Below are positions 45,676-54,275 of a DNA stretch of 64,000 nucleotides, one piece after another; the first letter of the stretch is position 1; every line of letters starts with the position of its first letter. The notes beneath the pieces were generated by a model. That model did not search any database and was not told where the DNA came from. It worked only from the letters and a program-made list of their open reading frames with translations. The DNA comes from an uncultured Methanosarcinales archaeon (GTDB taxonomy: Archaea; Nanobdellota; Nanobdellia; Woesearchaeales; GW2011-AR15), in assembly GCA_964512765.1 (NCBI GenBank), contig CAZEKF010000005.1:6414-70413 (forward strand), in the 5' to 3' direction. Made by a program: the position numbers and the translations under genes.

Positions 45676-46262
45676 AGTGTACCTTTTGTACTTGGTATCT
45701 TATCTTTTACCCTGTTATCTATCTCGACTGCTTGTCTGATTGCTTTTGCAAAAGCTTTGAAAATACCTTCAATTTTATGGTGGTCATTTCTTTTTTTGTT
45801 TAACAATTTAACATGGAGGTTTAGCTTTGCATTCTGAGCTATTGCACCAAAAAAATCATACACTAACTCAGTTGATAAATCACCAACTTTTTCTCTATTA
45901 AACTCTGCGTCAAACTCAAAAGCATATCTTCCTGCAAAGTCTAAGCTGACTAAAGCAAGGACTTCATCCATTGGCAATATCATTGTACCGTATCTTCGAA
46001 TGCCTTTTTTGTCACCTACTGCTTTTAACAATGCTTGACCAAGTACTATTCCAATATCTTCAACAGTGTGATGTTCATCTATCTCAATGTCACCTTTTGC
46101 ATTCACTTCTAAATTTATTAGAGAGTGTTTTGCAAACAAGTCTAGCATGTGGTTAAGAAAACCAACTGGTGTCTGGATTTTTCTTTTACCAGAACCGTCT
46201 AGGTTAACTGAAACAGTAATTTGTGTTTCTTTTGTATCACGTTTAATCTTAGCAGTCCTCAT
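45672..46262 (-). CDS. hisB: imidazoleglycerol-phosphate dehydratase (monofunctional HisB)
   Basis: RDTKET, DEHHTVED and NDHHKIE motifs. No phosphatase domain. Confidence 0.9.
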   Translation of the reverse strand: MRTAKIKRDTKETQITVSVNLDGSGKRKIQTPVGFLNHMLDLFAKHSLINLEVNAKGDIEIDEHHTVEDIGIVLGQALLKAVGDKKGIRRYGTMILPMDEVLALVSLDFAGRYAFEFDAEFNREKVGDLSTELVYDFFGAIAQNAKLNLHVKLLNKKRNDHHKIEGIFKAFAKAIRQAVEIDNRVKDKIPSTKGTL

Positions 46263-47953
46263 TTTAGCACCTCATTTAATTTGTTAATATTGTTCAAAAC
46301 AACCTTAACACCTTTATTTTCAAAAAGTTCCTTGATTTTTTCTGATGGAACTGGCGGTATTATTCCAATTGAATCAATATCTGCTTTATTTGCTGCATTA
46401 ATATCATCAACTGTATCACCTATGTACACTACGTTTTTTGCATTCAATTCTTTCATTGCTCTCTTTATTCCATCAGCTTTTTCAGGTTCATCGTCCATTG
46501 TAAAAATAACTTTGAAGAATTTGTCTAAACCAAATTTCTTAATTGTATAATCCGCATCTCTTTTTGGTCTACCTGTTACTAAACCTAACTTGTATTTTTC
46601 AGAAAGTTCTTCCAAAAAATCTAAACTAACAATCAGAGTTTCATTATCAATAGCACCGCCTAAGTAAATAGCGTCAAACTTTTCTCTGATTTCGTCTCTT
46701 GTTTTCTCAACACCACGTTCTTTTAGAATAGCTTGTGTACAGTCCCAGTCATTGTTCAAACCGCCTTTTTCCTTATATTTCTGTATTTGTTCAAAGGTTA
46801 TTTCTTTGTCTTTTAGAAAATATTCTGCTGTTTGTTTAATCGCAACTCTGTAAGATTTTGAAACATCTACTAAAACACCGTCCATATCGAATAGTAAGGT
46901 ATCGTATTTGTTCAATTTAGTCAAGATTATTTTCAATGCTTCAATTAATTTTTCACACTGTTCTTTCTTCCCAACAGTTATTCTTAAACAATTCTTAACA
47001 TAACTATTTCTATCTCTTACTAGTATTCCTAGTTTTTTTAATCCTGCATACACTGTTTTATACCTTAAACCAAAATCAACTAAGAAAAAGTTTGCACTAC
47101 CTTGATAAAATTTAATTCCAAGTTTATTTAGTTCATTGTATAGATATTTTTTATTAGTTATAATTTCACCAACATAGTTTTCAACGTATTCGTAATCTTC
47201 CAGTGCTGCTTTAACAATTTTATTTGCAAGACAAGTTATACTGTAAGGAGAGTTTACTTTTTGAAACAATTCAATATTCTCTTTATTTGAGATTAAATAT
47301 CCTAACCTCAATCCTCCAAGTCCAAACGCTTTTGAGAAAGATCTAAGTATTACTAGATTCGGATACTTATCAATTAAATCAACACATGTTTCCTTTGTAA
47401 ACTCAGAATATGCTTCATCTAATAAAACAATAGAATTTTTTGCTTTGTCAAGTATTTTAATTATGTCTTTTCTTAGTATTGATGTGCCAGTAGGATTGTT
47501 TGGATTCACTAGTACAATTAGTTTAACATTTTCATTAATTGCATTTAAAACTTCATCTGTTGGAAAAGATAAATCTGGTTTGTATTGCACATTTTTAATA
47601 TTTGCACCATTTAACTCTGCATAAAACTTAAACATAGCAAAAGTCGGTGTTGGAAGCAAAACTGTATCACCTTTACTAACAAAAGTATTCATTATTAACA
47701 TAATCCCTTCATCTCCTGCATTTGTTGGAATAATTTTTGACATGTCAACTTTAACAAAATCAGCAATAAGTTTTCTTAACTCGTTATATTCTGGATACAT
47801 CGATAGTTCACTTGCTGTTACTGTTTTTAATGCTTCAATTACTTTTGGTGAACAACCTACTGTGTTCTCATTAAAATCTAATCTCATATATTCACTTCTA
47901 CTACAAGTAGGTGGACTGTACGGTGCCATTTTTATTACTTCTTTTCGTATCAT
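46259..47953 (-). CDS. hisC: histidinol-phosphate aminotransferase fused to a C-terminal HAD-superfamily phosphatase domain
   Basis: HisC occupies residues 1-~345 (NPNNPTG, SFSKAFGLGGLRLGY). The HAD domain follows from ~350 (LLFDMDGVLVD, GLVTGRP, GDTVDDINAA). Confidence 0.8.
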   Translation of the reverse strand: MIRKEVIKMAPYSPPTCSRSEYMRLDFNENTVGCSPKVIEALKTVTASELSMYPEYNELRKLIADFVKVDMSKIIPTNAGDEGIMLIMNTFVSKGDTVLLPTPTFAMFKFYAELNGANIKNVQYKPDLSFPTDEVLNAINENVKLIVLVNPNNPTGTSILRKDIIKILDKAKNSIVLLDEAYSEFTKETCVDLIDKYPNLVILRSFSKAFGLGGLRLGYLISNKENIELFQKVNSPYSITCLANKIVKAALEDYEYVENYVGEIITNKKYLYNELNKLGIKFYQGSANFFLVDFGLRYKTVYAGLKKLGILVRDRNSYVKNCLRITVGKKEQCEKLIEALKIILTKLNKYDTLLFDMDGVLVDVSKSYRVAIKQTAEYFLKDKEITFEQIQKYKEKGGLNNDWDCTQAILKERGVEKTRDEIREKFDAIYLGGAIDNETLIVSLDFLEELSEKYKLGLVTGRPKRDADYTIKKFGLDKFFKVIFTMDDEPEKADGIKRAMKELNAKNVVYIGDTVDDINAANKADIDSIGIIPPVPSEKIKELFENKGVKVVLNNINKLNEVLK

Positions 47954-49248
47954 TTTTCATCATCCTCAAACCTTATTTTAACTGAATTAGCGTGAGCAGG
48001 TAAACTTTCAAGCTCTGCTATTGTAACAATAGTATTTTTTAATGAATCAAGCCCTTGCTTTGTTAATTTTTGGATAGTTGGCATTTTCAAAAAATCATAA
48101 ACACTTAACCCTGACTTTACCTTAGCATACTGTCCTGTTGATAACACATGGTTAGTGCCAGAACAATAATCACCTGCAGCTTCCACACTATATTCTCCAA
48201 AAAATATTGAACCTGCATTAGATATCCTGTCCAAGATGGAGTCATCATAACCAATGATTTCTAAGTGTTCAGGTGCAAAATCATTACTAAACTCAATAGC
48301 TTGGTCAACAGAATCTACTACAACAATACAACTATAATTTTCAAAAGATTTTTTAATGATTTCTTTTGATTCAAACTTAGCTGTTTGTTTAATAATTTCT
48401 TTTTTTACGGATTCTGCTAATTGTCTTGACTCTGTAAACAATAAACCACACGCAACTTCATCATGTTCAGCTTGTGCTAGCATGTCAGCTGCTACGAACC
48501 TTGGATTAGAATCTTTTGAAGCAATGATTACTACTTCACTCGGGCCAGCAGGAATGTCAATACCAACTTCACCATACAACCATTTCTTAGCTGCTGTGAC
48601 ATAGATATTACCTGGACCGACTATCTTGTTAACTTTAGGAATAGTTTTTGTGCCATACGCTAAAGCAGCTATTGCTTGAGCACCACCAGATACAATAATT
48701 TTATCAGCACCTGCCAGATCTGCTGCAACAATAATTGCTGGGTTTGCTTTACCATTTTTTTGAGGTGGTGTTGCTACAATAATTTCTTTAACTCCTGTAA
48801 CCTTAGCAGGAACAATTGTCATTAATGTTGTAGAAGGTAAAGGATAATTACCTCCAGGTATGTAACATCCTACTCTTTCAATTGGCCTAATAAAAACACC
48901 GCAGTTAACTCCCTTAGATATTTCAGTTAAGAAAGGTTTTGGTTTTTGGGTTTCTGCAAACTTTTTAATATTAGACAATGCTTTTTTTATTGCTGTAATT
49001 TGGTTTTCATCTACTATCTTGTAAGCTTCATTAATTTCATTTTTACTGACAATCAGATCACTTTCTTTTAATTTTACATTGTCGAACTTATTTGCATATT
49101 CAACTAATGCTTTGTTGCCATTAATCTTTACATTATTGATTACTTGTTTTACTTTATCCTCTATTTCTGTAAGATCTGAACTTGACCTTTGTTTAACTTT
49201 ATTGATTTCTTCTTTGTCCTTGTTATAATCTAAGATTCTTACTTTCAT
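47950..49248 (-). CDS. hisD: histidinol dehydrogenase
   Basis: YIPGGNYPLPST, QAEHDE and APEHLE motifs. Confidence 0.9.
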   Translation of the reverse strand: MKVRILDYNKDKEEINKVKQRSSSDLTEIEDKVKQVINNVKINGNKALVEYANKFDNVKLKESDLIVSKNEINEAYKIVDENQITAIKKALSNIKKFAETQKPKPFLTEISKGVNCGVFIRPIERVGCYIPGGNYPLPSTTLMTIVPAKVTGVKEIIVATPPQKNGKANPAIIVAADLAGADKIIVSGGAQAIAALAYGTKTIPKVNKIVGPGNIYVTAAKKWLYGEVGIDIPAGPSEVVIIASKDSNPRFVAADMLAQAEHDEVACGLLFTESRQLAESVKKEIIKQTAKFESKEIIKKSFENYSCIVVVDSVDQAIEFSNDFAPEHLEIIGYDDSILDRISNAGSIFFGEYSVEAAGDYCSGTNHVLSTGQYAKVKSGLSVYDFLKMPTIQKLTKQGLDSLKNTIVTIAELESLPAHANSVKIRFEDDEK

Positions 49249-49830
49249 TTTCTATCACCTATAATAACAAAATCTGAATAGAAAATTTTGTCATAAACTT
49301 TCAAGCCAAGCTTTTTCATAGACTTGCCAGTATATACAATATCAATCACTAACCCAGCAATGCCTGCTGAATAACTTGCTTCTGTACTACCTTTTACATA
49401 GAATTTTTTGAAATTAAATCCTCTAGTTTCAAGTAAGTTAAGGTATTTTTTTGACAGAAGTTTGTATTTATTACTAATACAGATCGATTGTTGTTTGGGA
49501 ATATTGTCAAGGTCTTTGTTATCTGGTCCAAGTAAACATAAAACAGGTTTATTAAACAAAGCTTTGGGATCATTCCAATCAATAATCTTAAGAATTTTTG
49601 TAGTTGTTTTGTAATTCTTTAAACAATATTCTTTGTAAAGGTCTTGGCCAGTTATACCAATGGCTTTTTTACCTTGTTTGGTTAATTCTTCAACCCAAAA
49701 TGGAACATCTTCACCACGTACTTCAAGAGTTTCTTTAGGTTCCAAAGTTTCAATAAATTCCTTGTATTTCCTTAATCCACTATTCTTTGGTACAACAGTG
49801 AATACAACCAGTCTCTATGACTCTTTCCAT
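49245..49830 (-). CDS. hisG: short-form ATP phosphoribosyltransferase HisG; the 5' end needs a +1 frame change or a non-canonical start
   Basis: The track ORF (TTG 49745) begins at RGEDVPFWV...IGITGQDL and therefore lacks the N-terminal strand. The conserved-looking LVVFTVVPKNSGLRKYKEFIETL is encoded in the same frame upstream (49746-49811) without an ATG, GTG or TTG. An ATG at 49828-49830 with GGAGGT 6 nt upstream lies in the frame one nucleotide off. Confidence 0.65.
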
Positions 49831-49860
49831 GTTCAGACCTCCATTTATAGTATTAAAAAG

Positions 49861-49947
49861 GGCCATAGGCGGGAATCGAACCCGCGCCACAGGATTTCCA
49901 TATTTGGATTCCACAGTCCTGTATTCTCCCACTAAACTACTACAGCC
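49861..49947 (-). tRNA. tRNA-His(GUG) with a genomically encoded G-1 and a 15-nt intron at 37/38 (49896-49910)
   Basis: G GCTGTAG TA GTTTAGTGGGAGAAT A CAGGA CTGTGG[15]A TCCTG TGGC GCGGG TTCGATT CCCGC CTATGGC C. G-1 sits opposite C73. Confidence 0.8.
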
Positions 49948-49969
49948 ATACTGAGCTTTATTAGAACAA

Positions 49970-50087
49970 ACAATGAATGCATTCCCCAGATTGGTTACTG
50001 GCAATGCCTCTAAGATTAGATTTCTGATTATTTAAAATAGATTTAGAACTACCGACAATGAATACAATCTCCAGGTTGGTTACTGGC
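49970..50087 (-). repeat. two 33-nt imperfect direct repeats upstream of tRNA-His, each about 26 nt downstream of a TATA-like box
   Basis: On the minus strand, GCCAGTAACCAATCTGGGGAATGCATTCATTGT (50002-49970) and GCCAGTAACCAACCTGGAGATTGTATTCATTGT (50087-50055) match at 29 of 33 positions. The preceding boxes are TTTTAAATA and TTTTTATATAAG. Confidence 0.6.
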
Positions 50088-50215
50088 TTTCATAGTTGCA
50101 TGGGAAAGCATATCTTATATAAAAATGTTTCCTGATATTTTAATAGACGAGAAAATTGACGATAAACAGTTTTTTTAACAAATTTTATAAATTCTGTAAC
50201 ACTAACTTAACTACT

Positions 50216-50716
50216 ATGGTACAAATAAAAAGCATTCCAAAAACAAGATGGAAAGAACATAAAGAATTAAGGTTAGAAGCATTAAAGAAATATCCAAAAG
50301 CATTTGGTACATCATTAAAGGAAGAACTCAAGTTCAAAGAAAAAGATTGGAATAACAGAACATGGACAAAGAACTCTGACACTGTTTTTGCCCTTGATAA
50401 TAATAAGTTGGTTGGAATGGTAGCGTATTTTGTAGTAGATAGATTGTCACAAAGACATATTGCAAACGTTGTTGGGATGTATGTTAAAGAAGAATATCAG
50501 AACCAAGGTGTTGGTAAGAAGTTATTAGAAGCAATTTTCAAGAAAATCAAAGAGCGCGGTGGTGTAACAAAAATGAAAATAACTGTGGTTACAACCAATA
50601 AACCTGCCCTGAAATTGTATGAGAAGGTTGGGTTTAAAAAAACAGCATTACTCAAGAAAGAATTAAAAATTAATGGCAAATATTATGACGAGTATTTGAT
50701 GGAAATGTTACTTTAA
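50216..50716 (+). CDS. GNAT-family N-acetyltransferase
   Basis: VGMYVKEEYQNQGVGKKLLEA acetyl-CoA motif. Start taken at ATG 50216. Confidence 0.75.
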   Translation: MVQIKSIPKTRWKEHKELRLEALKKYPKAFGTSLKEELKFKEKDWNNRTWTKNSDTVFALDNNKLVGMVAYFVVDRLSQRHIANVVGMYVKEEYQNQGVGKKLLEAIFKKIKERGGVTKMKITVVTTNKPALKLYEKVGFKKTALLKKELKINGKYYDEYLMEMLL

Positions 50717-51379
50717 CTCTTTTCTACAAAAGAACAACATTTGGCTAAGAAATGTTTGAGGACCGTAAAAAGTAGCAATTTCAACTCCCATTTTACATTC
50801 TCTTTTCCAGCCATAGAAGAAATCATATTTGTTGAATTGAGGGATGTTGCCTATTGAAGATTTAATCCACGCTACTTGCTTGTTATTATTTATCATATAT
50901 TTATTGATGCAAACTTCCAGTTGAAAGTTTCTAGGATTTAGTTTAAATGCACCTAACAAATCTTTTTTAGATAGTATTCTCACACCTGATAATACAATAA
51001 CTCCTCTCATTATTTTTGCGTAGAAAGTGTCTTTTTCTGTTCTAAAAATTAACAAGCCGGGTTTATGTTTAATAAACTTGGAAATAATCGTGTCAACTTC
51101 TTTTGAATTTACATCAAATAAGTCTGCATCAAGTAAAAAAACATACTCTGTTTTTATATGTTTCAACCCTTGTCGTACAGCATTACTTTTTCCCGTGTTC
51201 TTATTCAATCTAACTAACTTAACTTTCGGATATTTTACTTTAACTTTTTCATAAGATTTGTCAGATGAACCGTCATCAACACAAATAATTTGTTTAATGT
51301 TTTTACATTTAGTTATTTCTTTCAGAACATTAAGAATTCTATTACCTTCATTGTAAAAAGGAATAATGCAAGAAACCAT
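50708..51379 (-). CDS. family 2 glycosyltransferase
   Basis: CIIPFYNEGNRI, CVDDGSSDKS and LLDADL motifs. Confidence 0.75.
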   Translation of the reverse strand: MVSCIIPFYNEGNRILNVLKEITKCKNIKQIICVDDGSSDKSYEKVKVKYPKVKLVRLNKNTGKSNAVRQGLKHIKTEYVFLLDADLFDVNSKEVDTIISKFIKHKPGLLIFRTEKDTFYAKIMRGVIVLSGVRILSKKDLLGAFKLNPRNFQLEVCINKYMINNNKQVAWIKSSIGNIPQFNKYDFFYGWKRECKMGVEIATFYGPQTFLSQMLFFCRKELK

Positions 51380-51382
51380 TTT

Positions 51383-52732
51383 TTATCTCAAATTAACCAA
51401 CACTTCGCTTAATGTCGGGTGAACGTGTATCATTTGTTTCAAAACATCGATTTTAGCGCCTGCGTATATTAATGCAACAACTTCATGGATGATGTCATCA
51501 GCGTTTGCACCAACAATGGATGAACCAATTATTTTTTTAGTTTTTTTGTCATATAATACTTTGATAAAACCTTCTTGCTTGTTAATAATTTTAGCGCGAC
51601 CGTTTTTCATGAACGGTGCTTTCATTAAACCATAATTAATCTTTTTCTCTTGTGCCAGTTTTTCGTTTAAACCAACTCCAGCAACAACAGGTTCAGAAAA
51701 TGTTGCCCATGGAACTAAAGCAAAATTCATTTTTTGTTTTTTAGTTTCAAAAATATTATTTTTTACTATGTTTGTTTGTCTTTTGGCAGAATGTGCAAAC
51801 ATTGGATGGCCGTTACAGTCGCCTATCGCATAAACATTTTTGCATGATGTTTCAAGGTAATCATTAACAACAATATCTCCTCGTTTACCAGACTTAATTC
51901 CTGATTTATCTAAATCAAGACCTTTTGTGTTAGGTAATCTACCAGTTGCTAAGAACACAGCACCAACTTTCAACTTCTTTGCTTTAGAATTTTTATCACG
52001 AACATCATTGTAAGAAACATTAACACCTTTTTTAATCTCTAAAATGTTAGCGTTTGTTATTATTTTAATACCTTTTTTATCCTGAGAATGAAGCAGCACT
52101 TCTCTAATATCTTCGTCAAGCATGCCTAACACTTGTGGTAACATTTCCAACACAGTTACTTTAACACCAAGATCATTAAAGAATGAAGCATATTCCATTG
52201 AAATGTACCCACCACCTATCATTGCAACTGATTTAGGTAGTTTAGTTAGTTCAAGAACTGATTCATTATCCAAATAACCTGTTTCTTTCAAACCTTTAAT
52301 TGGTGGTACAAAGTTATATGCACCTGTTGCAATAACAATATTATCTGCTGTGTATGTTTCATTGCCTGCTTTGATCTTTTTATTACCAATGAACTTAGCT
52401 TTTGCTTTTACCAAAGTAAGGTTTTTATTCTTTTTAAGTCCAGCATAAATATGGTCACGGCCTTCTTTAGAAATTGAATTAACACGTTGCATTAATTTTT
52501 TAAAATTAAGTTTTGATTTTGCATTAATACCAAAAAAATTCATAGTTTTTGTTGAATGATACAAATGAGCTGCGTATAACATTGCTTTAGTTGGTATGCA
52601 TCCAGTGTTCAAGCATGTACCTCCCAGTACACTAGGTTCAATTAATAAAGTTTTAACTTTCTTAGAACACATTATAGCAGTTCTTAAGCCAGCTGTTCCA
52701 CCGCCTATTACAATAACAGGATATTTTACCAT
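51383..52732 (-). CDS. class I pyridine nucleotide-disulfide oxidoreductase (dihydrolipoamide dehydrogenase-like)
   Basis: VIGGGTAG, the redox disulfide GGTCLNTGCIPTK, a second Rossmann motif MIGGGYIS, and C-terminal HVHPTLSE. Confidence 0.7.
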   Translation of the reverse strand: MVKYPVIVIGGGTAGLRTAIMCSKKVKTLLIEPSVLGGTCLNTGCIPTKAMLYAAHLYHSTKTMNFFGINAKSKLNFKKLMQRVNSISKEGRDHIYAGLKKNKNLTLVKAKAKFIGNKKIKAGNETYTADNIVIATGAYNFVPPIKGLKETGYLDNESVLELTKLPKSVAMIGGGYISMEYASFFNDLGVKVTVLEMLPQVLGMLDEDIREVLLHSQDKKGIKIITNANILEIKKGVNVSYNDVRDKNSKAKKLKVGAVFLATGRLPNTKGLDLDKSGIKSGKRGDIVVNDYLETSCKNVYAIGDCNGHPMFAHSAKRQTNIVKNNIFETKKQKMNFALVPWATFSEPVVAGVGLNEKLAQEKKINYGLMKAPFMKNGRAKIINKQEGFIKVLYDKKTKKIIGSSIVGANADDIIHEVVALIYAGAKIDVLKQMIHVHPTLSEVLVNLR

Positions 52733-52834
52733 AACAAATAGTTATTGACGAAACCTTTAAATAGTTTTTTAAAGTGAACTTAATTTCATCGTAAAATAAG
52801 GAGGTATGGATAATGAAATTTTACAAATACGGAG

Positions 52835-53230
52835 ATGGTGACGAAGACGATGATGACGGATGTCCGTTCTGTTAAAAAGATTAATTTAGGACTGTTTTTC
52901 TTAGTTATAGTTATATTTATATCTGGTTGTAAACCAGAGAATCCACAGATTGAAGAATTTGCAAAATGTATAACTGAAAATGGTGCTATTATGTACGGTG
53001 CTCTTGGATGTAGTCATTGTGAACGTAACAAGGCAATGTTTGGCAGTGCTGTTAAACACATAACCTTTGTAGAATGCAATCCAAGGGGAGATAATGCACA
53101 ACCTGAACTGTGCATTGCAAAAAACATAACAGGATATCCTACTTGGGAATTTGCAGACGGTTCATTAGTACATGGTGAGCACACGTTTTACAATTTAAGC
53201 CAGAGAACAGGATGTGTGTTCAATGGTTGA
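52835..53230 (+). CDS. membrane-anchored thioredoxin-like protein (resembles the Trx-like domain fused to bacterial VKOR homologues)
   Basis: TM/lipobox-like LFFLVIVIFISGC. YGALGCSHCERNKAMFG...FVECNP...GYPTWEF. The start may instead be ATG 52850 or 52853 (GGTGA upstream). Confidence 0.55.
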   Translation: MVTKTMMTDVRSVKKINLGLFFLVIVIFISGCKPENPQIEEFAKCITENGAIMYGALGCSHCERNKAMFGSAVKHITFVECNPRGDNAQPELCIAKNITGYPTWEFADGSLVHGEHTFYNLSQRTGCVFNG

Positions 53231-53936
53231 CATTCTTTTACCAACATGGCCAGTTGTATTATCAACTGCAGTGGTAGATTCTATTAATCCTTGTGCAATC
53301 GGTGTTTTAGTAATTTTAGTAGCTGCACTACTCGAGTTACACGAAGATAAAAAAAAGATGTTACAAGTTGGAATGATCTATATTTCTGTTGTTTTTCTAA
53401 CATATTTAGCAGCAGGTTTTGGATTGTTATTATTTATACAAAAACTTAACATTGGCAATATTATTAGCTGGGTTGTTGGTATTATTGTTATTTTAATGTC
53501 CTTAATAGAAATAAAAGATTTTTTTTGGTATGGAAAAGGAATTTCTTTAACTATTCCAAAAAAGCATGCTAAAAAAATTATGCATAGAATAAAAAACATT
53601 ACTGTATCAGGAAGCATATTTTTAGGATTTTTTGTAGCTGCAGTTGAACTACCTTGCACAGGCGGACCATACCTTGCAATAACAACTGTTTTGGCAAAGT
53701 TAGGTTTTTCATGGGAAGTTTTTTGGTTATTGTTTGTTTATAACTTCATCTTTGTGCTACCTTTGATAATTATTGTATTTTTAGTATATTTTGGATTAAG
53801 TCACACACATATTAAAGACTGGAAAGATAGAAAAAAGAAATGGATGAGACTGTTCATGGGTTTGATCATGTTAGCGCTAGGTATTTTATTAATACTCTGG
53901 GCAAACGGCACAGTTAGTTTTGGGTTAGGAGGTTAA
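53223..53936 (+). CDS. CcdA/DsbD-family transmembrane thiol:disulfide electron transporter
   Basis: DSINPCAIGVL and ELPCTGGPYL with conserved Cys-containing TM motifs. The start overlaps the previous stop (ATGGTTGA). Confidence 0.65.
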   Translation: MVDILLPTWPVVLSTAVVDSINPCAIGVLVILVAALLELHEDKKKMLQVGMIYISVVFLTYLAAGFGLLLFIQKLNIGNIISWVVGIIVILMSLIEIKDFFWYGKGISLTIPKKHAKKIMHRIKNITVSGSIFLGFFVAAVELPCTGGPYLAITTVLAKLGFSWEVFWLLFVYNFIFVLPLIIIVFLVYFGLSHTHIKDWKDRKKKWMRLFMGLIMLALGILLILWANGTVSFGLGG

Positions 53937-53942
53937 AATTAA

Positions 53943-54233
53943 ATGAAAATATCTGAATTAGAAGCAAATCAAGGAAAAATAGAAATTGAAGCAGAAGTTA
54001 ATGAAATGGGCGAAGTAAGAGAATTTGAAAAGTTTGGCAGGCAAGGAAGAGTATGTAATGCTACTGTTAAAGACGATTCTGGTGAAATTAAGTTAACGTT
54101 ATGGGACGACCAAATTGATCAGGTTAAAGAAGGCGATAAAGTTAAAATTAGTAACGGCTATGTCAAGGAATGGCAAGGCGAGAAACAGTTAAGTGTTGGT
54201 AAATACGGTACTATGGAAGTAATTAGTTCTTAA
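53943..54233 (+). CDS. single OB-fold ssDNA-binding (RPA/SSB-like) protein
   Basis: VCNATVKDDSGEIKLTLWDDQ...GDKVKISNGYVKEWQGEKQLSVG is a typical short archaeal OB-fold. Confidence 0.65.
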   Translation: MKISELEANQGKIEIEAEVNEMGEVREFEKFGRQGRVCNATVKDDSGEIKLTLWDDQIDQVKEGDKVKISNGYVKEWQGEKQLSVGKYGTMEVISS

Positions 54234-54275
54234 TTTATTTTTTATTAATATTTTTAGACAAACATTAAAAATCAT

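Noticed and set aside
49780-50004. 74-aa minus-strand ORF
   Set aside because: It runs straight through tRNA-His and one leader repeat. Only its last 17 codons (MERVIE...) are relevant, as the SD-led start of hisG.
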